From the NCBI GenBank assembly GCA_964016885.1, contig OZ024750.1, forward strand, positions 42,532,001 to 42,596,000: a DNA stretch of 64,000 nt, read 5' to 3'. Shown in pieces: positions 25,683 through 39,362 of this stretch. The position numbers and the translations under genes were made by a program. Position 1 is the first letter of the stretch; the number at the start of each line of letters is the position of its first letter. Origin of the DNA: Eledone cirrhosa (taxonomy: Eukaryota). The notes below the pieces were generated by a model. That model searched no databases. It had not been told where the DNA came from and worked only from the letters and a program-made list of their open reading frames with translations.

Positions 25683-26027
25683 TCATCATCATCATCATCA
25701 TTTCATTTTCCGTCCGCTTTTCCCTGCTTGCAAGGGTGAGACGGGAACTGATTCTGGCTTGATTTCTACAGCTGGATGCCCTTCCTAACACCAACCTCAT
25801 TTACAGTGAGTGCTGGGTGCTTTTTTGCCGTGGCACCTCCACAACCATTTTACAGTGAAATGATATGGACCCCAGTCCCTATCATCTCGTTTCTACAGCT
25901 GAGTAAACTGGAGCAATGTGAAATAAAGTGCCTTGCTCAAGGAAACAACACATCAGCCGGTCTGAGAATTGAACTCACAACCTTTCGATTGCAATGCCAA
26001 TGCTCTAACCACTAAGCCATGTGCCTC
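25683..26027 (-). mobile_element. Full-length tRNA-derived SINE (family of 7890-8236)
   Basis: Reverse-complement match including the A and B boxes and the (gat)n tail. Confidence 0.85.
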
Positions 26028-26031
26028 TCAA

Positions 26032-26065
<34 letters not shown>

Positions 26066-29000
26066 CTGCAAAGTGGTCTTGGAGGTGCCATGGCAAAAAA
26101 AAGCACCCAGCCCACACTGTAAAGTGGTCGTGGATGTGCCACGGCAAAAAAAGCACCCAGCACACACAGTAAAGTGGTCGTGGAGGTGCCACGGCAAAAA
26201 GCACCCAGCACACACTGTAAAGTGGTCGTGGATGTGCCACGGCAAAAAGCACCCAGCACACACAGTAAAGTGGACGTGGAGGTGCCACGGCAAAAAGCAC
26301 CCAGCACACACAGTAAAGTGGACATGGAGGTGCCACGGCAAAAAGCACCCAGCACACACAGTAAAGTGGACATGGAGGTGCCACGGCAAAAAGCACTCAG
26401 CACACACAGTAAAGTGGACGTGGAGGTGCCACGGCAAAAAGCACCCAGCACACACAGTAAAGTGGACATGGAGGTGCCACGGCAAAAAGCACCCAGCACA
26501 CACAGTAAAGTGGACATGGAGGTGCCACGGCAAAAAGCACCCAGCACACACAGTAAAGTGGACATGGAGGTGCCACGGCAAAAAGCACCCAGCACACACA
26601 GTAAAGTAGACATGGAGGTGCCATGGCAAAAAGCACCCAGCACACACTGTAAAGTGGACGTGGAGGTGCCACGGAAAAAAGCACCCAGCACACACTGTAA
26701 AGTGGACGTGGAGGTGCCACAGCAAAAAGCACCCAGCACACACAGTAAAGTGGACATGGAGGTGCCACGGCAAAAAGCACCCAGCACACACTGTAAAGTG
26801 GACGTGGAGGTGCCACGGCAAAAAGCACTCAGCACACACAGTAAAGTGGACATGGAGGTGCCACGGCAAAAAGCACCCAGCACACACAGTAAAGTGGACA
26901 TGGAGGTGTCACGGCAAAAAGCACCCAGCACACACTGTAAAGTGGACATGGAGGTGCCACGGCAAAAAGCACCCAGCACACACAGTAAAGTGGACATGGA
27001 GGTGCCACGGCAAAAAGCACCCAGCACACACTGTAAAGTGGACGTGGAGGTGCCACGGCAAAAAGCACCCAGCACACACTGTAAAGTGGACGTGGAGGTG
27101 CCACGGCAAAAAGCACCCAGCACACACAGTAAAGTGGACGTGGAGGTGCCACGGCAAAAAGCACCCAGCACACACTGTAAAGTGGACGTGGAGGTGCCAC
27201 GGCAAAAAGCACCCAGCACACACTGTAAAGTGGACGTGGAGGTGCCACGGCAAAAAGCACTCAGCACACACAGTAAAGTGGACATGGAGGTGCCACGGCA
27301 AAAAGCACCCAGCACACACAGTAAAGTGGACATGGAGGTGTCACGGCAAAAAGCACCCAGCACACACTGTAAAGTGGACATGGAGGTGCCACGGCAAAAA
27401 GCACCCAGCACACACAGTAAAGTGGACATGGAGGTGCCACGGCAAAAAGCACCCAGCACACACTGTAAAGTGGACGTGGAGGTGCCACGGCAAAAAGCAC
27501 CCAGCACACACTGTAAAGTGGACGTGGAGGTGCCACGGCAAAAAGCACCCAGCACACACAATAAAGTGGACATGGAGGTGCCACGGCAAAAAGCACCCAG
27601 CACACACTGTAAAGTGGACGTGGGGGTGCCACAGCAAAAAGCACCCAGCACACACAGTAAAGTGGACGTGGAGGTGCCACGGCAAAAAGCACCAAGCACA
27701 CACTGTAAAGTGGACGTGGAGGTGCCACGGCAAAAAGCACCCAGCACACACAGTAAAGTGGACATGGAGGTGCCACGGCAAAAAGCACCCAGCACACACA
27801 GTAAAGTGGACATGAAGGTGCCACGGCAAAAAGCACTCAGCACACACAGTAACGTGGACATGGAGGTGCCACGGCAAAAAGCACCCAGCACACACAGTAA
27901 AGTGGACATGGAGGTGCCACGGCAAAAAGCACCCAGCACACACTGTAAAGTGGACGTGGAGGTGTCACAGCAAAAAGCACCCAGCACACACAGTAAAGTG
28001 GACATGGAGGTGCCACGGCAAAAAGCACCCAGCACACACTGTAAAGTGGACGTAGAGGTGCCACAGCAAAAAGCACTCAGCACACACAGTAAAGTGGACA
28101 TGGAGGTGCCACGGCAAAAAGCACCCAGCACACACAGTAAAGTGGACATGGAGGTGCCACGGCAAAAAGCACCCAGCACACACTGTAAAGTGGACGTGGA
28201 GGTGCCACAGCAAAAAGCACCCAGCACACACAGTAAAGTGGACGTGGAGGTGCCACGGCAAAAAGCACCCAGCACACACTGTAAAGTGGACGTGGAGGTG
28301 CCACGGCAAAAAGCACTCAGCATACACAGTAAAGTGGACATGGAGGTGCCACGGCAAAAAGCACCCAGCACACACAGTAAAGTGGACATGGAGGTGCCAC
28401 GGCAAAAAGCACCCAGCACACACAGTAAAGTGGACATGAAGGTGCCACGGCAAAAAGCACTCAGCACACACAGTAAAGTGGACATGGAGGTGCCACGGCA
28501 AAAAGCACCCAGCACACACTGTAAAGTGGACGTGGAGGTGCCACGGCAAAAAGCACCCAGCACACACTGTAAAGTGGACGTGGAGGTGCCACAGCAAAAA
28601 GCACCCAGCACACACTGTAAAGTGGACGTGGAGGTGCCACGGCAAAAAGCACCCAGCACACACTGTAAAGTGGACGTGGAGGTCCCACGGCAAAAAGCAC
28701 CCAGCACACACAGTAAAGTGGACGTGGAGGTCCCACGGCAAAAAGCACCCAGCACACACAGTAAAGTGGACATGAAGGTGCCACGGCAAAAAGCACCCAG
28801 CACTCACTGTAAAGTGGACGTGGAGGTGCCACAGCAAAAAGCACCCAGCACTCACTGTAAAGTGGACGTGGAGGTGCCACAGCAAAAAGCACCCAGCACT
28901 CACTGTAAAGTGGACGTGGAGGTGCCACGGCAAAAAGCACCCAGCACACACTGTAAAGTGGACGTGGAGGTGCCACGGCAAAAAGCACCCAGCACACACT

Positions 29001-29265
29001 GTAAAGTGGACGTGGAGGTGCCACGGCAAAAAGCACCCAGCACTCACTGTAAAGTGGACGTGGGGGTGCCACGGCAAAAAGCACCCAGCACACACAGTAA
29101 AGTGGATGTGGAGGTGCCACGGCAAAAAGCACCCAGCACTCACTGTAAATGAGGTTGGTGTTAGGAAGGGCATCCAGCTGTAGAAATCAAGCCAGAATCA
29201 GTTCCCGTCCCACCCTGGCAAGCAGGGAAATGTGTTCATAAAATGCTGATGATGATGATGCTGAT
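26066..29265 (+). repeat. 48-bp minisatellite (~64 units) amplified from an internal SINE segment and ending in the SINE 3' tail
   Basis: The unit gtaaagtggacgtggaggtgccacggcaaaaagcacccagcacacact matches ~8064-8120 of the SINE. After 29148 the sequence continues as SINE tail (gaggttggtgttaggaagggcatcc...gatgatg). Confidence 0.95.
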
Positions 29266-29532
29266 GTCTGTGTATGTACTTTTATGTCTGACTACACACA
29301 CACATGCTGGCAATATTTTCCCATTTCTTCTTCTTCTCACTCTTATCTATCTTTCTACTTTTTCTCTCATTCTATTTTCTGATGAAGGACTTACATCTGA
29401 AACATTAAGACTTCTTTCCTACTATATCAAGTGTTAAGCTAATATATACCATCATTGTACTGTATCATCTTGTGTTGATTTTACTTGTTGACATTTCACA
29501 TACATACCTATATATATATATATATGTATATA

Positions 29533-29595
<63 letters not shown>

Positions 29596-29644
29596 CTATG
29601 TATGTGTATATATACATATATATATATACACACACACACACACA

Positions 29645-29680
<36 letters not shown>

Positions 29681-29872
29681 TGTGTGTGTGTGTGTATATA
29701 TATATATATGTATATATACACACACATACATAGACACACATACACATGCATACTTACATACATACACACATATACTTACATGCACATACATATATTCATC
29801 CAATTTTGATATATGAAGTGTCTTTGACTAGAGAAAAAGTTGAAGATAAAAACTCTAATGCGGAAAATCATA

Positions 29873-30229
29873 TTAACCCTTTAGCATTTAAACCAGCAAT
29901 AACCAGCCAGAATTCTTTCACCTCTTTCTGTTCAAACCGGCCGTAACTGGCTACTCATACTGATGTTAATGTATTGTTCTCAAAATCTTATAGATTCGAT
30001 ATTATGTAAGATATTATGTGAGATAAAGCCCTTACTGTGACAATACAATAGTATATATAGAGTAATGTAAATGTTATGTAAGATATTATGTGAGGTAAAG
30101 CCCTTACTGTGAAAATACAATAGTATATATAGAGTAATGTAAATGTTACATGAGATAATATGTGAGGTAAAGCCGTTACTGTGAAAATACAATAGTATAT
30201 ATAGAGTAATGTAAATGTTAAAGGGTTAA
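29873..30229 (+). mobile_element. piggyBac-like MITE (TTAA TSD; TIR CCCTTTA(G/A)CATTTA) with internal ~72-bp repeats
   Basis: ttaa-ccctttagcattta ... taaatgttaaaggg-ttaa. Confidence 0.8.
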
Positions 30230-30678
30230 GTGAACATTTAAACATTTGTGGAACAGTAAATTCAAAATATTCCCTTTGTTTCAAGGATCATTGAAAGTAA
30301 TAACTAGAAATGGAGAAATATTTTATAAAGTAATTTACTCTGAAACTAAAACAGTTCCACTTAAAAAGATGTGAAAATTGTAAACAATTATTTATAATTA
30401 AGAAATAATTATTATAATTTTCAATTAAAATGATAAACAATGTTTTATTAATTCTTCTGATAATCTCACACACACACACACATACACACACATACACCTT
30501 GCAGCAAAAGTGGACGTTATAATGATATGTAGGTAAGAAGCAAAAGTGAAAAAGCACAGAGGTAGATTTAAAGAAATTTTTTTTCTTTAATCTAATAGAA
30601 TGATAATTTTATAATTGATACATTAAATGGACTGTACATCATCTTTATCATCATTTTACGTTTGCTTTTCCCTGCTTG

Positions 30679-30734
<56 letters not shown>

Positions 30735-31540
30735 GAGTGAAAGTAAGTAAAATGAAAGTTGCAGCGATTGGCCAGCATCCTCGAAAAAACAATATTTGGA
30801 AGCTTTGCATGAAGCACTCAATAAGAAGATATCAATAAATCGATAAGTTACATCTTAGAGTAATAAACATACGTTAAATAGCGTGTCAAATTGAAAACTG
30901 TGGTTAAGGGGATAAAGCCACAGAAGCCACCACAACAACAAAAATACAATCAGGTTAAGTAACAAACCTGGACCTTAGGCACAAGGCCAGTAATTACCCA
31001 GTACCAGTAATGCACTGATTAATTGCTGGCATTGTGCCAAAAGTAGAAACAATTATATAATATCTTCGATTGGTTTCTGTGAATCCTAAATCAACAATCC
31101 AAATTGCGTAATATGTAAATATATATACATATATTTTATTATCATTTTTCATTATTATTACACTCTGCTTAGTACAACATCATTATACCTACTGGAGACT
31201 ATGTATCGAGTGTTCACTTTAGTGAACCTACAGTAACTGGACATTACAATTACTAAACTATATATATATATATATGAATGTGTGTGAATGCAGAACATTC
31301 TTCCCAGGTAATTTTGCTTGTATTCATTGTTGACACACATAATTGCTCTCCCCTTTCCTAAATATATAAAATAACAAATTTTAGTCAGGCCAACTTGCTA
31401 TGTGGATATAGCTCACTGAAAAGATCTAATATGGTGGAAACATGTCTATTCCACCCACCATGCCGGCATTAAGACAAGCTCTACTCCCTACTGTATTGTC
31501 TAAAAATATTCTGTTACACTTTGGGCTGTTAGTATATCAT

Positions 31541-32482
31541 TTAACCCTTTAACATTTACATTACTCTATATATACTATTATATTTTCACAGTAAAGACTT
31601 TACCTCACATAAAATCTTACATAACATTTACATTACTCTATATATACTATTGTATTTTCACAGTAAAGACTTTACCTCACATAACATTTACCTTACTGTA
31701 TATATACTATTGTATTTTCATGGTAAAGGCTTTACCCCACATAATATCTCATAACATTTACATTACTCTATATATACTATTGTATTTTCACAGTAAAGGC
31801 TTTACCTCACATAATTATCTCACATAACATTTACCTTACTGTATATATACTATTGTATTTTCACAGTAAAGGCTTTACCTCACACAATATCTCACATAAC
31901 ATTTACATTACTCTATATATATACTATTGTATTTTTACAGTAAAGGCTTTACCTCACACAATATCTCACATAACATTTACATTACTCTATATATACTATT
32001 GTATTTTCACAGTAAAGGCTTTACCTCACACAATATCTCACATAACATTTACATTACTCTATATATATACTATTGTATTTTTACAGTAAAGGCTTTACCT
32101 CACACAATATCTCACATAACATTTACATTACTCTATATATACTATTGTATTTTCACAGTAAAGGCTTTACCTCACACAATATCTCACATAACATTTACAT
32201 TACTCTATATATATACTATTGTATTTTTACAGTAAAGGCTTTACCTCACACAATATCTCACATAACATTTACATTACTCTATATATACTATTGTATTTTC
32301 ACAGTAAAGGCTTTACCTCACATAATTATCTCACATAATATCGAATCTATGAGATTTTGATATTATTTATTTTGAGAACAATACCTTAACACCAGTATGA
32401 GTGGTTGGTTTCAGCCAGTTTGAACAGGAAGAGGTGAGAGAATTCTTGCTGGATATGGCCTGTTTAAATGCTAAAGTGTTAA
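31541..32482 (-). mobile_element. Same MITE family in opposite orientation, internal 72-74-bp unit expanded to ~10 copies
   Basis: ttaa-ccctttaacattta ... taaatgctaaagtg-ttaa. The tandem unit acatttacattactctatatatactattgtattttcacagtaaaggctttacctcaca.. spans ~31552-32340. Confidence 0.8.
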
Positions 32483-33575
32483 AGACTGTCTTTTTGGGTT
32501 TTTTTTAAAGTATTCAAATCATGTGTGGCCAGTCAGCCATTTATTAAAATTAACTGGACAGTTGAGGACAGCAAGACATATTGGCAGTGAGATATGAACT
32601 GCTGGGGCTTCCATTAGTAATTTGACACTCTTTAAATTTGGCTGACTACAACTGTCTCATATACACAAACACAGAGACACACAGACACACAATTAGACAC
32701 ACAGAGACACACATGCACACACAGAGACACATATAGAGAGGCATATGTCTATATATGTATACAAGAAGGTGTATATTCTAACATATTGATCACATGACAC
32801 CAGTGTTTTCCACTCTATATCAGAGTATAAAATTAGCTGAGGAAAAAAAAAAATCAATAAATTATAAGAGAAACCATGTGATTTGTTTTCAATGGAATGG
32901 TTTGGGTGACTGTGGTAATTATTCTACTTCAAAGAATTTGATGAAAGCAATTTATGTCTTACCTCTTTTCTTATCAGTCTCACTTTCTCTCTATGTGTCT
33001 GTCCTTTATTCATTTTCTAATGTCTTCTCCAGTATCTTTGATTTAATCTTTTCTTCTCTGTAGTCAGAGCATCTCTTTATTACTGGATCACTAGTCAAAT
33101 TTCCATCTCTTGGACCTTCTTCCCTCTATCTTGTAAGGTTTTAAGAACATTTTTAAAATATCACTTCTAAAACAAAACAAGTTTATAACTTCTGACAAGT
33201 TTTTCACAGCCAGTGACAATGTTAAATGAACAAGGGATAAATTTCTTGTGATTTAAAATCAGCAAGAACCAGGGAGTGGACTATGTTGTCTGGAATATTG
33301 ACAGTGTGGACTTGATGAAGAATAGTATTGGATGATATAGTTGATTAAACATAAATTGAAAAGCCCTTCCCTCACAAATTCTTTTATGTTCATTCTTATC
33401 AAATGTTTAATGTTGTAGTTTAGATATGGTTTACAACAGTTCTGCTACAATTTACAGCCAGATGCCAGCCAACACAGAAATTAACATAAACTATTAAACA
33501 CAAATAAATAAAAAGTCTTTGACCATTCCTAACTTCAGTATCCAATACTGGAAGATTGATTGATTCTGTTAAGAA

Positions 33576-36500
33576 TTAACCCTTCCATTACCATATTTCT
33601 AATGAAAGACACTGCCTATGCACTTAACCCTTCCATTACCATATTTCTAATGAAAGACACTGCCTATGCACTTAACCCTTCCATTACCATATTTCTAATG
33701 AAAGACACTGCCTATGCACTTAACCCTTCCATTACCATATTTCTAATGAAAGACACTGCCTATGCACTTAACCCTTCCATTACCATATTTCTAATGAAAG
33801 ACACTGCCTATGCACTTAACCCTTCCATTACCATATTTCTAATGAAAGACACTGTCTATGTCATTAACCCTTTCATTACCATATTTCTAATGAAAGACAC
33901 TGTCTATGTCTTTAACCCTTTCATTACCATATCTCTTATGAAAGACACTGTCTATGTCTTTAACCCTTTCATTACTATATTTCTAACGAAAGACACTGTC
34001 TATGTAATTAACCCTTTCATTACCATATTTCTAATGAAAGACACTACCTATGTCTTTAACCCTTTCATTACCATATTTCTAATGAAAGACACTGTCTATG
34101 CCATTAACCCTTTCATTACCATATTTCTAATAAAAGACACTGTCTATGTCATTAACCCTTTCATTACCATATTTCTAATGAAAGACACTGTCTATGTCTT
34201 TAACCCTTTCATTACCATATCTCTTATGAAAGACACTGTCTATGTCTTTAACCCTTTCATTACTATATTTCTAACGAAAGACACTGTCTATGTAATTAAC
34301 CCTTTCATTACCATATTTCTAATGAAAGACACTACCTATGTCTTTAACCCTTTCATTACCATATTTCTAATGAAAGACACTGTCTATGCCATTAACCCTT
34401 TCATTACCATATTTCTAATGAAAGACACTGTCTATGCCATTAACCCTTTCATTACCCTATTTCTAATTAAAGACACTGTCTATGTCATTAACTCTTTCAT
34501 TACCATATTTCTAATGCAAAACACTGTCTATGTCTTTAACCCTTTCATTACCATATTTCTAATGAAAGACACTGTCTATGCCATTAACCCTTTCATTACC
34601 CTATTTCTAATTAAAGACACTGTCGATGTCATTAACCATTTCATTACCATATTTCTAATGAAAGACACTGTCTATGTATTTAACCTTCCATTACCATATT
34701 TCTAACGAAAGACACTGTCTATGTCTTTAACCCTTCTATTACCATATTTCTAATGAAAGACACTGTCTATGTCTTTAACCCTTTCATTACCATATTTCTA
34801 ATGAAAGACACTGTCTATGTCATTAACCCTTTCATTACCATATTTCTAATAAAAGACACTGTCTATGTCATTAACCCTTTCATTACCATATTTCTAATGA
34901 AAGACACTGTCTATGTCTTTAACCCTTTCATTACCATATCTCTTATGAAAGACACTGTCTATGTCTTTAACCCTTTCATTACTATATTTCTAACGAAAGA
35001 CACTGTCTATGTCATTAACCCTTTCATTACCATATTTCTAATGAAAGACACTGTCTATGTCATTAACCCTTTCATTACCATATTTCTAATGAAAGACACT
35101 ACCTATGTCTTTAACCCTTTCATTACCATATTTCTAATGAAAAACACTGTCTATGTCATTAACCCTTTCATTACCATATTTCTAATGAAAGACACTACCT
35201 ATGTCTTTAACCCTTTCATTACCATATTTCTAATGAAAGACACTGTCTATGCCATTAACCCTTTCATTACCATATTTCTAATGAAAGACACTGTCTATGC
35301 CATTAACCCTTTCATTACCCTATTTCTAATTAAAGACACTGTCTATGTCATTAACTCTTTCATTACCATATTTCTAATGCAAAACACTGTCTATGTCTTT
35401 AACCCTTTCATTACCATATTTCTAATGAAAGACACTGTCTATGCCATTAACCCTTTCATTACCCTATTTCTAATTAAAGACACTGTCTATGTCATTAACT
35501 CTTTCATTACCATATTTCTAATGCAAAACACTGTCTATGTCTTTAACCCTTTCATTACCATATTTCTAATGAAAGACACTGTCTATGCCATTAACCCTTT
35601 CATTACCCTATTTCTAATTAAAGACACTGTCGATGTCATTAACCATTTCATTACCATATTTCTAATGAAAGACACTGTCTATGTCATTAACCCTTTCATT
35701 ACCATATTTCTAATGAAAGACACTGTCTATGTCTTTAACCCTTTCATTACCATATCTCTTATGAAAGACACTGTCTATGTCTTTAACCCTTCCATTACCA
35801 TATTTTTAACGAAAGACACTGTCTATGTCTTTAACCCTTCTATTACCATATTTCTAATGAAAGACACTGTCTATGTCTTTAACCCTTTCATTACCATATT
35901 TCTAATGAAAAACACTGTCTATGTCATTAACCCTTTCATTACCATATTTCTAATAAAAGACACTGTCTATGTCATTAACCCTTTCATTACCATATTTCTA
36001 ATGAAAGACACTGTCTATGTCTTTAACCCTTTCATTACCATATCTCTTATGAAAGACACTGTCTATGTCTTTAACCCTTTCATTACTATATTTCTAACGA
36101 AAGACACTGTCTATGTCATTAACCCTTTCATTACCATATTTCTAATGAAAGACACTACCTATGTCTTTAACCCTTTCATTACCATATTTCTAATGAAAGA
36201 CACTGTCTATGCCATTAACCCTTTCATTACCATATTTCTAATGAAAGACACTGTCTATGCCATTAACCCTTTCATTACCCTATTTCTAATTAAAGACACT
36301 GTCTATGTCATTAACTCTTTCATTACCATATTTCTAATGCAAAACACTGTCTATGTCTTTAACCCTTTCATTACCATATTTCTAATGAAAGACACTGTCT
36401 ATGCCATTAACCCTTTCATTACCCTATTTCTAATTAAAGACACTGTCGATGTCATTAACCATTTCATTACCATATTTCTAAAGAAAGACACTGCCTATGT

Positions 36501-36580
36501 ATTTAACCTTCCATTACCATATTTCTAACGAAAGACACTGTCTATGTCTTTAACCCTTCTATTACCATATTTCTAATGAA
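33576..36580. repeat. 48-bp minisatellite (~62 units), unit ttaaccctttcattaccatatttctaatgaaagacactgtctatgtc(a/t)
   Basis: Period 48 with recurring variant blocks. The unit begins with TTAA-CCCTT like the MITE termini. Confidence 0.95.
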
Positions 36581-37069
36581 CAAACTGGGAAATTATAATA
36601 ATAAACTGAAGTGAAACCCAACAGGTGTGTGCGTTTTTTATTGGCAGCATGATTCCCCCTATATATACAAACATACACACACACACAAACCCAGATAAAA
36701 CGCATGTGTAGTCCAAGTACACAGCTCACAAAAACAAGATAGTGTAAGAGAGAACAAAGGAGATATACAAAATAGCAACAAAAGTAGTCACTGAGGAGGT
36801 CACAGAATGTGTGATGAAAGAACTTTGATGACAATCAACAGCTAAACAACCAATTTGACTGGGAAATTATATCAATAAATTGAAGTGCAATACAACAAAT
36901 GCGTGGGTTTTACTGGCAGCATGACCTTCCCACATTAAAAGATAAAGTAAAATGGTTCTAACAGAAAATTTAATCCACTTCACAAAACTCAACTAAAACC
37001 TTAACTGCCCTTCCTCATGATCAACTCCATCTTATTTATACTAATACAGCAGTCTTTTCTACCAAATAA

Positions 37070-37260
37070 TAATTGTTTCTACTTTAGGCACAAGGCCAGC
37101 AATTATCCAGGACATTACTGGTACTTTATTTTATCGACTTCATAAGGATGAAAGGCAAAGTTAACCTCGGCAGGATTTGAACTCAGATCGTAAAGGGACG
37201 TAACTCTTTGCTGCAAAGCGTGGCATCCGACCCTCTACCGATACTGCCAATCGATGCCAA
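37070..37260 (-). mobile_element. SINE with Nin/Deu-like domain (family of 9081-9262)
   Basis: Reverse-complement match to 9081-9262. Confidence 0.65.
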
Positions 37261-37266
37261 ATCAAC

Positions 37267-37317
37267 AGTAGCAGTAGTAGTAGTAGTAGTAGCAGCAGCA
37301 GCAGCAGCAGCAACAGC

Positions 37318-37367
<50 letters not shown>

Positions 37368-37383
37368 CAGCAACAGCAGCAGC

Positions 37384-37426
<43 letters not shown>

Positions 37427-37473
37427 ATAGTAGCAGCAACAGCAGTAGTAGCAGCAGCAGTAGTAGCAGCAAC

Positions 37474-37508
<35 letters not shown>

Positions 37509-37520
37509 CAGTAGTAGTAA
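37267..37520. repeat. (AGT)n/(AGC)n microsatellite
   Basis: Direct inspection. Confidence 0.95.
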
Positions 37521-37843
37521 ACATTTAAGAAAGTAACTTTTGCTATGAAACCTTCAACTACAATATATATTGCTTACAGTTTAATAAGAGTTACTCAACC
37601 TTTATAATATTAACGTGAAAGTTAAGCTCTCTTACTCTCTCTCTTTCCTCTCTCTCTCCATCTTTATTTATCTCTCTCTATCTATCTCTCTCTCTCCCCC
37701 TCTCTCTCTATATATATATTACTTTCTCTCTATCTTTCTTTCTCTCTCTCTATATATATATATCTAACTCTCTCCCTTTCTCTCTCTCCCCCCTCTCTCT
37801 CTCTCTCTATATATATATATATTACTTTCTCTCTTTCTATCTA

Positions 37844-37883
<40 letters not shown>

Positions 37884-38372
37884 ATTCTCTCCCTTACTCT
37901 CTCTATATCCCTCCTCCCCTCCACATCCTTCTCTCCGTTTACTTCCACTTCCCAGTTTCACTTTCACTTTTAAAAATAATAGCCAAAAAGTACAATAAAA
38001 TACAATAAAATACAATAAAATACAATAAAATACAACAAAATAACCAACAAAATAACCAACACAAACAAATATAAACAAATACAAACAAATATAAATAAAA
38101 CTATAAAAGACTTCAGCAAATAATATAACTGGAATGAAAATCTTAAATAATTCATTTGTGATTTACCATGCTTGGCAATCTAGTTCCTTTTCATAAATAA
38201 ACAACAAGTCTTCTTTTTAGGGTGAAGCTCTTCATGGTCTTAATTCTACTAATGTAAAGGTTTCACCTGCTGCTTTACACAAAAGAATTTCAACAAAAGA
38301 ATTCAAAGACTTGAGTTGAGGCATTTTTGCTGGAGTTTCTCTTCTTTTTTATATGTTTTAAATATATTTTAT

Positions 38373-38826
38373 TTGTTGTTGTTGTTGTTGCTGCTGTTGT
38401 TGCTGCTGTTGTTGCTGTTGCTGCTGCGGTTGTTGCTGTTGTTGCTGCTGTTGTTGCTGTTGTTGCTGTTGCTGCTGCTGTTGTTGTTGTTTGTACTTGT
38501 TGTTGTTGTTATTGTTGTTATTGTTGTTGTTGTTGTTGTTGTTGTTGTGTGTTGTTGTTGCTGCTGTTGCTGTTGTTGTTGCTGTTGTTGCTGTTGCTGC
38601 TGCAGTTGTTGTTGTTGTAGCTGTTGTTGCTGTTGCTGCTGTGGTTGTTGTTGTTGTTGTAGCTGTTGCTGTTGCTGCTGCTGTTGTTGTTGTTGTTTGT
38701 ACTTGTTGTTATTGTTGTTGTGTGTTATTGTTGCTGCTGTTGCTGTTGTTGTTGCTGTTGTTGCTGTTGCTGCTGCAGTTGTTGTTGTTGTAGCTGTTGT
38801 TGTTGTTGTTGTTGTGTGTTGTAGCT

Positions 38827-38896
<70 letters not shown>

Positions 38897-38969
38897 TTGC
38901 TGTTGTTGCTGTAGCTGCTGCTGCTGCTGTTGTTGTTGTGTTGTACCTGTTGCTGTTGTTGTTGCTGCT

Positions 38970-39001
<32 letters not shown>

Positions 39002-39070
39002 TGCTGCTGCTGTAGCTGCTGCTGCTGCTGCTGCTGTTGTTGTTGCTGTAGCTGCTGCTGTTGTTGTTGT
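38373..39070. repeat. (GTT)n/(GCT)n compound microsatellite
   Basis: Direct inspection. Confidence 0.95.
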
Positions 39071-39362
39071 TAGGTGATGTTTATTGGTTTTAGTTTGGTT
39101 TTGTTACCACAAAAATAAGAAACTTCTGCTTCTTCTTTTTCTTCTTTTTCATCGTCATCATCGTCATCATCATCACAATCATTACCATCATTATTGTCAT
39201 TGTACGTCATCGTCTTCACCATCATCATCATCATCATCATCATTATTGCTATCACCATTATTATTACTATTATTATTATTATTATTACTATTACTATTAT
39301 TACTATTATTACTATTATTATTACTATTACTATTATTACTATTATTATTATTGTTATTGTTA

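Noticed and set aside
26005-29173. 932-992-aa repetitive ORFs on both strands
   Set aside because: They arise from the 48-bp SINE-derived minisatellite.
33560-36528. 381- and 591-aa repetitive ORFs
   Set aside because: They are translations of the 48-bp AT-rich array.
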